From Candidatus Odinarchaeota archaeon (lineage in GTDB: Archaea; Asgardarchaeota; Odinarchaeia; Odinarchaeales; Odinarchaeaceae), in the NCBI GenBank assembly GCA_038826135.1, contig JAWBON010000022.1, forward strand, positions 1 through 18,433: 18,433 nucleotides of DNA. The letters are read 5' to 3'. A program made the position numbers and the translations under genes. Positions 8,095-16,926 of this stretch are shown here, piece by piece. A model generated the notes under the pieces. It did not search any database. It saw only the letters and a list, made by a program, of their open reading frames with translations, and had not been told where the DNA came from. The first letter of the stretch is position 1; each line of letters starts with the position of its first letter.

Positions 8095-9439
8095 ATCTAT
8101 ATCCTCTCAGTTCTTTAACAGCGCGCTCCACCTGCTGGATCGCGGTCCCTATATATGAGGACGGGTCCAGCCATTTATCAAGTTCAGCCGGTGATACAAG
8201 CTTAGATAACGTGGGCTCTTGGAGAAGAGCTTGTTTAAAATCTATTTTTTGAGTCCAAGATTTCATAGCGCATATCCTTAATATTTCATGGGCTTGCTGT
8301 CTACCTAAACCTTTGTTAACAAGCTCTATCATTATTTTCTCAGCCATTATCAGGCCTCTGGTTAAGTTAAGATTTCTCAGTATATTATCCTCGTCTAATT
8401 TGACTCCTTTCAGTATTTGAGTTAACTGTCTAAGCATATAGTCTAAGAGTATCATGTTCTCGGGGATGATTATACGTTCAGGAGCGGAGTTTGTGAGATC
8501 CCGTTCATGTTCTAGTGCAGTGTTTTCAAGCGCTGGAAAAGCGTTAGCTATCAGTATACGGGATAAACCGCATATTCTCTCGGATTTGTGAGGGTTTCTT
8601 TTATGAGGCATTGTTGAAGACCCTACTTGGGTTTGCTTAAACTCCTCCCAGACCTCACCTATCTCGGTTCTCTGAAGGTTTCTAAGCTCTTTACCGATTT
8701 TGTTAAGTGTAGCGGCTACAAGACTTGTAAATAATATAAGCTCCGCTATTCTATCGCGTTGAACTATTTGGTTAGATGCTTCAGCTGGTTTTAAACCTAG
8801 TTTACCCATAACCAACTCCTGTATTCTAAATCCTTTCTCCCCGAAGCCGGCCATTGTACCGACAGCCCCAGTCATTTTACCGACTAAAACTCTAGGAGTT
8901 AGCTGGGTTAATCTTATTATATGCCTGTGGATTTCATAAGCCCATATAGTGAATTTTAAACCAAACGTTGTTGGCAGAGCATGCTGGCCGTGTGTTCTAC
9001 CCACACATACGGTTTCCTTATATTTATCAGCTAAGTCCACTACTACATTCTTAAGATTGATAAGATCCTCTGTTATTATTTTAATAGCATCCCTTAATTG
9101 AAGAGCGGTAGCTGTATCCTCGATGTCATAGCTTGTAGCTCCAAGGTGAACGTAATCGCCAGCTTCACCTTCACAGACTTCTGTTAAAGCTTTAACCATA
9201 GCCATAAGATCGTGATGTATTTGCTCCTCTATTTCTTTCACACGCTTCACTTTAACGTATTTTAACGAGGCTTTGCGGGTTATTTCTTCAGCCGCCTTGC
9301 TTGGTATGTTACCAACCTCCGCGTGTGCTTGAGCTAAGGCGGCTTCAACTTCAAGCCATTTCTGAAGTCTAGACTCCTCTGTGAATAATGACCTCATTTC
9401 AGGGTAACAGTACCTGTATTCAATCGGGTGAACATACAT
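8084..9439 (-). CDS. purB: Adenylosuccinate lyase
   Basis: HPIEYRY, HHDLMA, HLGATSYD, GRTHGQHA, the fumarase-superfamily signature GSSTMPHKRNP, and HERDLTNS. GGAGG SD upstream. Confidence 0.96.
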   Translation of the reverse strand: MYVHPIEYRYCYPEMRSLFTEESRLQKWLEVEAALAQAHAEVGNIPSKAAEEITRKASLKYVKVKRVKEIEEQIHHDLMAMVKALTEVCEGEAGDYVHLGATSYDIEDTATALQLRDAIKIITEDLINLKNVVVDLADKYKETVCVGRTHGQHALPTTFGLKFTIWAYEIHRHIIRLTQLTPRVLVGKMTGAVGTMAGFGEKGFRIQELVMGKLGLKPAEASNQIVQRDRIAELILFTSLVAATLNKIGKELRNLQRTEIGEVWEEFKQTQVGSSTMPHKRNPHKSERICGLSRILIANAFPALENTALEHERDLTNSAPERIIIPENMILLDYMLRQLTQILKGVKLDEDNILRNLNLTRGLIMAEKIMIELVNKGLGRQQAHEILRICAMKSWTQKIDFKQALLQEPTLSKLVSPAELDKWLDPSSYIGTAIQQVERAVKELRGYRYEL

Positions 9440-9450
9440 TTTACTTCCTC

Positions 9451-9864
9451 CTATACTTCGGTTCGCTTAGTTAGGTTAAGTATTCTCTTAGCTAATAGAG
9501 CAGCGTTTTTGCCGTTATCTATACCAACCGTTGCTACAGGTACCCCTGGGGGTGTTTGTGTGATTGACAGAAGAGCGTCTAAACCGCCTAGTTTAGCTGA
9601 AACAGGAACACCGATAACAGGTTTCTCAGTATAGGATGCGACAACACCGGGTAGAGCTGCAGCTAACCCGGCTATGCAAATATAGATTTTGAATTTATTA
9701 TCGTTCTCTTTAATATATGTTCTCAGCTTCTCAGGGTCTCTGTGAGCGCTAATATAGTTGACTTCATAAGTTATCTTCTCCTCGTCGAGTGTGGAGGTGA
9801 CTTTCTCCACTATTTCACTATCCGACTTGGAGCCTGCGAGTACAGCTACATCTATTTTACTCAA
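9451..9864 (-). CDS. purE: PurE, N5-CAIR mutase / AIR carboxylase
   Basis: [43 protein letters not shown] start with GAGGTG SD at 9875-9870. Confidence 0.95.
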   Translation of the reverse strand: MSKIDVAVLAGSKSDSEIVEKVTSTLDEEKITYEVNYISAHRDPEKLRTYIKENDNKFKIYICIAGLAAALPGVVASYTEKPVIGVPVSAKLGGLDALLSITQTPPGVPVATVGIDNGKNAALLAKRILNLTKRTEV

Positions 9865-9890
9865 TATCCCACCTCACATGATTATTAGAG

Positions 9891-9902
9891 TTTTAAATAT
9901 AA
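9891..9902 (-). promoter_or_regulatory. Possible internal TATA box upstream of purE
   Basis: TTATATTTAAAA on minus in the 51-nt gap, the largest in the operon, about 27 nt upstream of the purE start. No clear BRE. Confidence 0.25.
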
Positions 9903-9915
9903 TAGAGTTAGCGGT

Positions 9916-10836
9916 TTATATTTTATGGGATTTTATGAATTTTTCAAGCTCTTCAAGATAGGGGAGCCCTCCTCTAGCTCCCATATATTTCACTTTTAAA
10001 GCAGCTGCAGCTACACCCATATAGCCTGCTTCGAATAAGCTTTTATTATTTAATAAGCCTGTTAGGAAACCTGCTGTGAACGCGTCACCTGCACCGGTTG
10101 TGTCTTTAACTTCAACTTTTATAGCCGGGATCATGTATGTCTGCGATTTATCAGCCACCATGCAGCCTTCAGATCCTAGTGTTATAGCCAGTGTTGAAAC
10201 ACCTAGTTGAAACAAAACATTTTTTATATTATCTAAGCCCTCGACGCTGAATATTCTAACAGCCTCATTATATGAGGAAACATATATGTCAGTGTTCATT
10301 ATGATGGGTTTAGCTTTAGCTAAACCCTGGTTTGCAATCAACGCGCCCGGGTTTAAAGCGGTTTTTAAACCATGTTCTTTAACTTTTCTTGAAAGATCTG
10401 ATAGAAATTTAACATTTTCCAAGCTAGCCATATATATTAGACGGGTTTTTAGCAGGGATTCCAATTCCACCTCGCTTATCGAGAGAGTGTTAGCAGCGCC
10501 TGAATACGCGAACATTCTCCGGTCTCCCTTAGAATCCACAGCGATGAAGCATAAACCTGTCGGAGTGTTCTTGGATCTTAATATTAGAGATGTGTCCACA
10601 CCTTCATCCTTGAATTTTTTCACTATCAGGTCGCCGAAAAAATCTACTCCTACTTTTCCTAGGAAGGATACTTTTAACCCGAGCCTGGAGCATGCTACAG
10701 CAGTGTTAGCGGCTGAGCCGCCGTATTCTATTCTAAGATTCGGCACGTATGTTTCATCATCCGAGGCGGGGAACCTGTCGACTGAAGCCACTAAGTCTAT
10801 GAGAGATGCTCCAACAGAGATCAAATCAAATTTCAC
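9916..10836 (-). CDS. PfkB/ribokinase-family carbohydrate or nucleoside kinase
   Basis: GGSAANTAVACSRLG (PfkB signature 1), GKVGVDFFG, and DTTGAGDAFTAGFL (signature 2 with the catalytic Asp). GTG start with GGAGG SD. Confidence 0.92.
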   Translation of the reverse strand: MKFDLISVGASLIDLVASVDRFPASDDETYVPNLRIEYGGSAANTAVACSRLGLKVSFLGKVGVDFFGDLIVKKFKDEGVDTSLILRSKNTPTGLCFIAVDSKGDRRMFAYSGAANTLSISEVELESLLKTRLIYMASLENVKFLSDLSRKVKEHGLKTALNPGALIANQGLAKAKPIIMNTDIYVSSYNEAVRIFSVEGLDNIKNVLFQLGVSTLAITLGSEGCMVADKSQTYMIPAIKVEVKDTTGAGDAFTAGFLTGLLNNKSLFEAGYMGVAAAALKVKYMGARGGLPYLEELEKFIKSHKI

Positions 10837-10859
10837 GCAGCCAATCCTCCTCTCACACG

Positions 10860-11945
10860 CTATCCTAACACTCCAACCCAGCCTCTAACAGTTTTCCTCA
10901 TATTCTTCTGAGCTTTTATAACCTCTTCAAGCAAATCCCGGTCAGCGTTTCGCAAATCATCTATACGTGGTATAAATTTATGTTCAATAAAGTATCTTTT
11001 CGTCTCCTTTGATAAGAGTGAATCCGGTATTTTCGCAGGGTTATCTTTAAACTCGGAGTATTTTTCCGTCCACGCTTCCAGCCAGTCCCAGATTCTATCA
11101 TGGTTTTCGAATATAGGATATGAGCCCATCTGGTTCGGTGATGTTACAGCTATGTTAGCGTTAGGAACAGAGTACTGGTTGCCGTTAAAGCTTATGGCTA
11201 CACCGTTCTCTCTTTTCACTCTTGACAGCATGTTAATATCTGTTATAGAGTCCCCTACCGCCACTATCTTGTTTAAAGGATAATTATAGTCTTCAGCGAT
11301 CTCTAACATAGCTTGCTCCTTCCTGGTTCCCCCTCTGACAGTAACCTTCATCATTATCTTAGTATATTTCGAACTTGTTTTAAAGAAAAACTGGTTTAAA
11401 TCATCGACTACGGCGTCCAATCCTTTAGAAAGATATTTCGGGAATATTGTGTCGATTAATGTTTTAACAGCGGGTTTGATTTCACCAAGCTCTTTTTTTA
11501 AATCACCTACAGGGAACTCTGTGCAATACACATTAGTTAAGGGGAGACTTATAAGAGAGGCGATATTATATGCGTGTTGTTTATAACTGGTGGATATTAC
11601 GTAAACCCTCCAGTCTCGGAGAAGTTGCTTAATTATATCGGTGATTCCGGGAACAAGACCAGGGTTAGCCTGCGATATATTTGTAAGCTCACCGTCTGTG
11701 AAATAGTATATGTAGAATGGAGCTAAAAGCCTTAAAGTATCTCCTGGTTCATAGCTCTCAACACCGAGGGAGCGGGTTATCTTAGGATTTTCTATAAGGT
11801 AGTCGTCATAGTTGCTTATCATCTGGTAGAATAAGTCCAGTTTAGGGCGGTTGAGTTTAACCTCTAATTTTTTAAATAAATCAGCTGCGAAATCCACGTA
11901 GCTTATAGGTCCCTCAAGATCCCATACTGTAAGCTTCAAAAACAT
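10860..11945 (-). CDS. HAD-superfamily hydrolase, EhaR/COG4030-like (DxE motif I)
   Basis: Motif I WDLEGPIS, motif II ISTSY, motif III Lys (TRKEQ), and motif IV GDSITD. YEPGDTLRLLAPF resembles the EhaR-like family as recalled; this family assignment is not verified by search. Confidence 0.75.
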   Translation of the reverse strand: MFLKLTVWDLEGPISYVDFAADLFKKLEVKLNRPKLDLFYQMISNYDDYLIENPKITRSLGVESYEPGDTLRLLAPFYIYYFTDGELTNISQANPGLVPGITDIIKQLLRDWRVYVISTSYKQHAYNIASLISLPLTNVYCTEFPVGDLKKELGEIKPAVKTLIDTIFPKYLSKGLDAVVDDLNQFFFKTSSKYTKIMMKVTVRGGTRKEQAMLEIAEDYNYPLNKIVAVGDSITDINMLSRVKRENGVAISFNGNQYSVPNANIAVTSPNQMGSYPIFENHDRIWDWLEAWTEKYSEFKDNPAKIPDSLLSKETKRYFIEHKFIPRIDDLRNADRDLLEEVIKAQKNMRKTVRGWVGVLG

Positions 11946-11961
11946 ACCTCTTCCATATTTT

Positions 11962-13263
11962 CTAACCTAATAATTGTTTCATGTGATCTATTCGCTTCTG
12001 AATTAGTTTACGGGTACCTATATCCCTCCTATGAAATAGTTCCCCTCCTATATAGCAGATAGAGCTTTCAGCGATCCTCTCAGCCTGTTCAAGATCAGAG
12101 CCCACACCGAGAACTGCAATACTTCTAGAGGTTGTGGTTAATATTTTACCGTTTTTCTCAGATACAGATGCGTAGTAGACTCTTCCACCAAGGTTTTCTA
12201 TCTCCTGCTCGTCCACGTTAACCTCGGTGGGCACCGGGCTCACCGGATAACCTACAGGTGCAAGATATTTAACCACGGTAGCCTTATTTTCGAATGCAAC
12301 ATGCTTCTCGGATAGATTTCCATCTAGTATTTTAAGACATATATCTGTGAAATTTGTTTGAAGAATGGGGAGAATATTTATAGCTTCAGGGTCTCCGAAT
12401 CTGGAGTTGAATTCCACCAGTCTAAGACCGTTTCTTGTAAGCATGAATTGACCGTAAAGAATCCCTTTATAACTGATTCCGGTCTCTTTTTTCACAGCTT
12501 TAACAGTCTTCTTCAATATATCTAATGCTACGGGAATATAACTGGAGTCTATAAAAGGCAGAGAGTGATCCGGGCAGCTGTATGATCCCATCCCTCCTGT
12601 GTTCGGCCCGTTATCTCCTTCGTAAGCTCTTTTATGATCTTGAACAAGCGGGCTTCCCACAACATGCTCACCGTCGACAAATGCTTGCAACGTGAATTCC
12701 TCACCGTCCAATTTCTCCTCTATAACAGCTTTGCTACCACTGGTAACTATTTCTTCAATGTATCTCTCAGCTTCAACTATGTTGTTTAAATGTTCACCTA
12801 ACACTTTCACACCTTTTCCACCTGTTAAACCATCCGGTTTAACAACTATGTTACCATGCTCTTGAAGATATTTTCGAACATTATTCATGTTCTCGAAAAC
12901 CCTGTATTCCAGGTTTCCTGGAATATTATATTTAGTTAAAAGAAGACGGGTGAAAGATTTACTGGATTCAAGCCTTGCAACAGTTTTACAGGGTCCTACG
13001 CACTGGACACCCGAATCCTCCAGTTTATCCACTAATCCCTCAGCTAAAGGGTCTTCAGGCCCTATTATACAGAAGTCAACATTTTTCGCGTAGTCTACTA
13101 TATCATCAAAATTGTTTAGTGAACCTATTTTAACATCTTCAGATAGACGGCTGATCCCGGGATTACGCGTCTTCATATAGGCGTATAGTCGAGCACCGCT
13201 TTTAACTAGACTTTCAGCTATAGCGTGTTCTCTAGCACCTTGACCGATCAAGAGCACTTTCAT
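11962..13263 (-). CDS. purD: Phosphoribosylamine-glycine ligase
   Basis: GQGAREHA, IGPEDPL, LESSK, KPDGLTGGKGV, QDHKRAYEGDNGPNTGGMG, EFNSRFGDPE, HRRDIG. ATG 13263 follows a GGTGA SD; the ORF track starts at 13284. Confidence 0.96.
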   Translation of the reverse strand: MKVLLIGQGAREHAIAESLVKSGARLYAYMKTRNPGISRLSEDVKIGSLNNFDDIVDYAKNVDFCIIGPEDPLAEGLVDKLEDSGVQCVGPCKTVARLESSKSFTRLLLTKYNIPGNLEYRVFENMNNVRKYLQEHGNIVVKPDGLTGGKGVKVLGEHLNNIVEAERYIEEIVTSGSKAVIEEKLDGEEFTLQAFVDGEHVVGSPLVQDHKRAYEGDNGPNTGGMGSYSCPDHSLPFIDSSYIPVALDILKKTVKAVKKETGISYKGILYGQFMLTRNGLRLVEFNSRFGDPEAINILPILQTNFTDICLKILDGNLSEKHVAFENKATVVKYLAPVGYPVSPVPTEVNVDEQEIENLGGRVYYASVSEKNGKILTTTSRSIAVLGVGSDLEQAERIAESSICYIGGELFHRRDIGTRKLIQKRIDHMKQLLG

Positions 13264-14710
13264 CAACACACTCACCGCCTTCATCCTTATGCGTAAGCTT
13301 CTTCTGTTTAATATTCTTGGCTTTCATATTCGGGTAGCATCCTGTAAGGCAGGCTAAGCAGAGTCTGTTTCGATCAACCCCTATAGCGTCTATTAAGCCT
13401 TCAAGAGACTGGTAACCGAGACTGTCAGCGCCGATGTCGGCTCTTATCTCCTCCACAGATTTGTTAGCGGCTACCAGCTCCTCTTTACTCGGAAAGTCTA
13501 TACCCATATAGCATGGAGATATAATCGGTGGACAGCTTACTCTTAAATGAATTTCTTTAGCCCCAGCTTTCTTAACAATGTTAACTATTCTCCTAGAGGT
13601 TGTGCTTCTAACGATACTGTCATCAACTAAAATAACACGTTTACCTTTTATAGCGTCTTTAACAGGATTAATCTTCAATTTAACATACCGTTCTCTAAGC
13701 TCAGGGTACGGTAGGATGAAAGTCCGCCAAATTGACCTGTTTCTAATAAGGCCTTCAACTAAAGGTATACCTGATTGTTGTGAATATCCTATAGCGGCAA
13801 CTCTGCCAGAGTCAGGGATAGGAATCACAGCATCAGCTTTCACAGGGTGGATTTTAGCCAAGTTCACACCGAGTTTCATTCGAACATCGTGAACAGAAAC
13901 CCCGTTAACAATAGAGTCCGGTCTCGCGAAATAAACGTATTCAAACATGCAGTGAGCTGTCGGCTGAAGGGAGTTAGATGACTCGAAGACCTGGCGTGGT
14001 TCAAGCCGGCTGTTATTGATAGCAAGTATCTCACCAGGGTTAACATCCCGAAGATAGTTTATTTCCAGTATGTCGAATACAACTGTTTCAGATGATATAA
14101 CGTATGAGCCTTTATCTAATTCGCCTATTGATAAAGGTCTGAATCCGAGAGGATCTCTTATAGCGTACAGTTGACCAGTATTATTCATTAAAACCATTGA
14201 GTAAGCTCCTTGGAGGAGCTCCATGGTTTTCTCAATCGCTTTATTATAATTGCAATCTGTTTCTATAAGATAGGATATCATAAGATGCGCTATAACTTCT
14301 GTGTCAGCGTCGGATGTGAACGTGTGACCGCGCCGTATAAGATTCTTTTTCAACTCTATGTGGTTTGTTATATTACCGTTAAAAGCTAAAGCGAACTGTG
14401 TGTCTCCTATGTCAATAGTGTATGGTTGAATATTAGCCTCGTTGCTGGAGCCTGCTGTAGAGTAACGTGTGTGACCTATACCTATATTCCCGAATAATCT
14501 GGCCAAACTATCCTCGGGTATAGCTTCATCAACACCGCCCATACCTTTAACAGATCGTATACTTTTACCTGTGAGAACGCTTATGCCAGCAGACTCCTGA
14601 CCCCTATGCTGTAGAATAAGCAGGCCGTCATATAAAAGATGGGCTACGTTGAAATCCCGGCTTGAAGAGTATACGCCGACGACCCCGCAAGCCTCTTTCA
14701 AGTCATCCAT
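13232..14710 (-). CDS. purF: Amidophosphoribosyltransferase ([4Fe-4S], propeptide type)
   Basis: Short propeptide then CG (Ntn nucleophile), QHRGQESAG, GHTRYST, RDPLGFRPL, CMFEYVYFARPDS, VDDSIVR, PCYMGID, CLAC. Confidence 0.96.
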   Translation of the reverse strand: MDDLKEACGVVGVYSSSRDFNVAHLLYDGLLILQHRGQESAGISVLTGKSIRSVKGMGGVDEAIPEDSLARLFGNIGIGHTRYSTAGSSNEANIQPYTIDIGDTQFALAFNGNITNHIELKKNLIRRGHTFTSDADTEVIAHLMISYLIETDCNYNKAIEKTMELLQGAYSMVLMNNTGQLYAIRDPLGFRPLSIGELDKGSYVISSETVVFDILEINYLRDVNPGEILAINNSRLEPRQVFESSNSLQPTAHCMFEYVYFARPDSIVNGVSVHDVRMKLGVNLAKIHPVKADAVIPIPDSGRVAAIGYSQQSGIPLVEGLIRNRSIWRTFILPYPELRERYVKLKINPVKDAIKGKRVILVDDSIVRSTTSRRIVNIVKKAGAKEIHLRVSCPPIISPCYMGIDFPSKEELVAANKSVEEIRADIGADSLGYQSLEGLIDAIGVDRNRLCLACLTGCYPNMKAKNIKQKKLTHKDEGGECVDESALDRSRC

Positions 14711-16926
14711 TTACTAACACCCATATATCTTGGTATAGTTTCATAGTATAGCTTCCTCAGCCTCCGCGTTGAGCAGCTGATTCTACTCATCTTATATTTG
14801 AATTCGAATCTCCCCGAGTCTGTAACTTGACCTATATTTTTAACAGGAATATTATCCTTCTTGAAGATTTCAATAATCGAGCCGACATTTTCCTTTTTAA
14901 CTGTGAGAATATAGCGGCCGTGACTTTCCGAGAAGAGTATTTCATCAAACCTCAGTTCAGGCTCCCCTAACCCGTCTAAATTTACTGTAGCTGAAAGATT
15001 ATTCTCCATCCCCATTTCAACAAGGCTTATAGCAATTCCACCTCGGAAACAGTCATGAGCTGCTGAAAGTTTACCTGTTCTAACAGCCTTCAAAACAGAT
15101 TTAAGCGTGACAGCTTCTCGCTCAAGGTTTACCACTGGGGCTTTACCTCCTTGAAGCTTATGATAGAAATTATAGTATTCAGAACCCCCCATTTCCCGAT
15201 GGGTTAAACCAACCATCAGTATGATATCACCAGCCTGCTTAAAACTCATAGTGGTTATATATGATAGGTTTTCTATTAATCCCACTGTGAGAACCACGGG
15301 GCATGGTTTAACAACACGCGCGCTAACCTGGTCTTCATTATAGAAGCTTACATTACCGCCTATACATGGGATGCCTAGTTTAAGAGCGTAGTCTGTTAAT
15401 CCTTTAATAGTCTCGTTGAAGCACCATAAAACCTCGGGGTTCTCAGGATTACCGAAGCTTAGACAGTCCACCCATGCTAAAGGTTCAGCTCCCGTTACAG
15501 CTACATTCCTACAGGACTCAGCTAAAGCCCCAGCTCCCCCATTATACGGGTCAAGGTATGAGTGACTGGGGGTGGCGTCTGATTTAGCCGCTACAGCTTT
15601 ATTTCTACCTATCACGCGGAGAACAGCCGCGTCAGCTTGGCCAGGTTTGACAACAGTTCGATCACCAACTTCATGATCATATTGCCGGTACACCCATGCT
15701 TTAGACGCTAGGTTCGGTGAACCGGCTAGTTTGTATACCACATCCGCTAAGTTCTCAGGCATAGCGGGAGGATTTAAATCAGCAAGCTTATCAATATAAG
15801 CGGGTCTCCTTATAGGCCTGTTTAAAACAGGCGGGTCTGAAAGCATTTTAGAAGGAACCTGAGCTACTAAACACCCGTTTTTATAAACATTCACTTTTTG
15901 AGTGTGATTAATCCTTCCAATTATACTATATGGAACCTCGTATTTATCAAAAATCCTTGTTACCTTATCCACACCTTCAGGTTTAACAACAAATAACATT
16001 CTCTCCTGGGATTCAGATATCATGATTTCATAAGGGATCATGTTATCCTCTCTTAATAGTATCTTGTTAAGATCTATTTGCACGCCTGTTCCGCCAGCCC
16101 CGGACATTTCTGAGGATGCACAGGTAAGCCCTCCGCCGCCTAAATCTTTTAAACCGCTGACATAACCTGTTTTAACAGCTTCTAAAGTAGCCTCTATTAT
16201 AAGCTTCTTCGTGAACGGGTCTCCTATCTGCACCGCAGGCCTATCAGCTTCAGACTCCTCTGTTAAAACCCGTGAAGCGAATGTGACACCGTGTATTCCA
16301 TCCCTTCCTGTTGAACCCCCCATAAGTATTAATACATCTCCAACATTCTCAGCTACACTTAAAGCTATATCGCTTCTCTTCGCGAATCCTAAGCAACCTA
16401 CATTCACCAGACAGTTATTCTCATAACTATCGTCGAATTCAACATCCCCGCCAACAGTTGGCACACCTATACAATTACCGTAGTCGCTTATACCTTTAAC
16501 AACATATTCGAAAAGCCATTTAGAATGATTACTAGTTAATTCACCGAATCTGAGATTATTAAATAATGCAACAGGTCTGGCCCCCATGCAGAGAACATCA
16601 CGCACTATGCCGCCTATACCGGTAGCCGCACCGTTATAAGGTTCTATAGCTGATGGGTGGTTATGTGTTTCAACTTTAAATACAGCAACATCACCGTCGT
16701 TGATATCTATGACACCCGCATCCATACCCGGGCCTACAACAACACGCGGACCCTCCCTGGGAAGCTGTTTAAGAAATGGTTTAGAAGACTTATACGAGCA
16801 GTGCTCAGACCACATAACATCTATCATACCTGCTTCAACCTGGTTTGGTTCCCGGCCTAGCATTTTTTTGACCTTCTCAACCTCCTCCTCAGTTAGATTA
16901 ACTTTAACACCGTCAATAACAGGCAT
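14698..16926 (-). CDS. purL: FGAM synthase subunit PurL (small type)
   Basis: WSEHCSYKSS, HNHPSAIEPYNGAATG, TGRDGIHG, VQIGDPF, KDLGGGGL, SESQERM, QYDHEV, GGNVSFYN. Confidence 0.97.
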   Translation of the reverse strand: MPVIDGVKVNLTEEEVEKVKKMLGREPNQVEAGMIDVMWSEHCSYKSSKPFLKQLPREGPRVVVGPGMDAGVIDINDGDVAVFKVETHNHPSAIEPYNGAATGIGGIVRDVLCMGARPVALFNNLRFGELTSNHSKWLFEYVVKGISDYGNCIGVPTVGGDVEFDDSYENNCLVNVGCLGFAKRSDIALSVAENVGDVLILMGGSTGRDGIHGVTFASRVLTEESEADRPAVQIGDPFTKKLIIEATLEAVKTGYVSGLKDLGGGGLTCASSEMSGAGGTGVQIDLNKILLREDNMIPYEIMISESQERMLFVVKPEGVDKVTRIFDKYEVPYSIIGRINHTQKVNVYKNGCLVAQVPSKMLSDPPVLNRPIRRPAYIDKLADLNPPAMPENLADVVYKLAGSPNLASKAWVYRQYDHEVGDRTVVKPGQADAAVLRVIGRNKAVAAKSDATPSHSYLDPYNGGAGALAESCRNVAVTGAEPLAWVDCLSFGNPENPEVLWCFNETIKGLTDYALKLGIPCIGGNVSFYNEDQVSARVVKPCPVVLTVGLIENLSYITTMSFKQAGDIILMVGLTHREMGGSEYYNFYHKLQGGKAPVVNLEREAVTLKSVLKAVRTGKLSAAHDCFRGGIAISLVEMGMENNLSATVNLDGLGEPELRFDEILFSESHGRYILTVKKENVGSIIEIFKKDNIPVKNIGQVTDSGRFEFKYKMSRISCSTRRLRKLYYETIPRYMGVSKWMT

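Noticed and set aside
9875-9880. ATGTGA start-stop element just upstream of purE
   Set aside because: It overlaps the SD (TGAGGTG) and is readily explained by it. No evidence of regulatory function.
10860-11945. Calling this gene an energy-converting hydrogenase subunit
   Set aside because: No Fe-S, NiFe or membrane-subunit motifs and no hydrogenase genes in the window. It has a HAD fold in a purine context.
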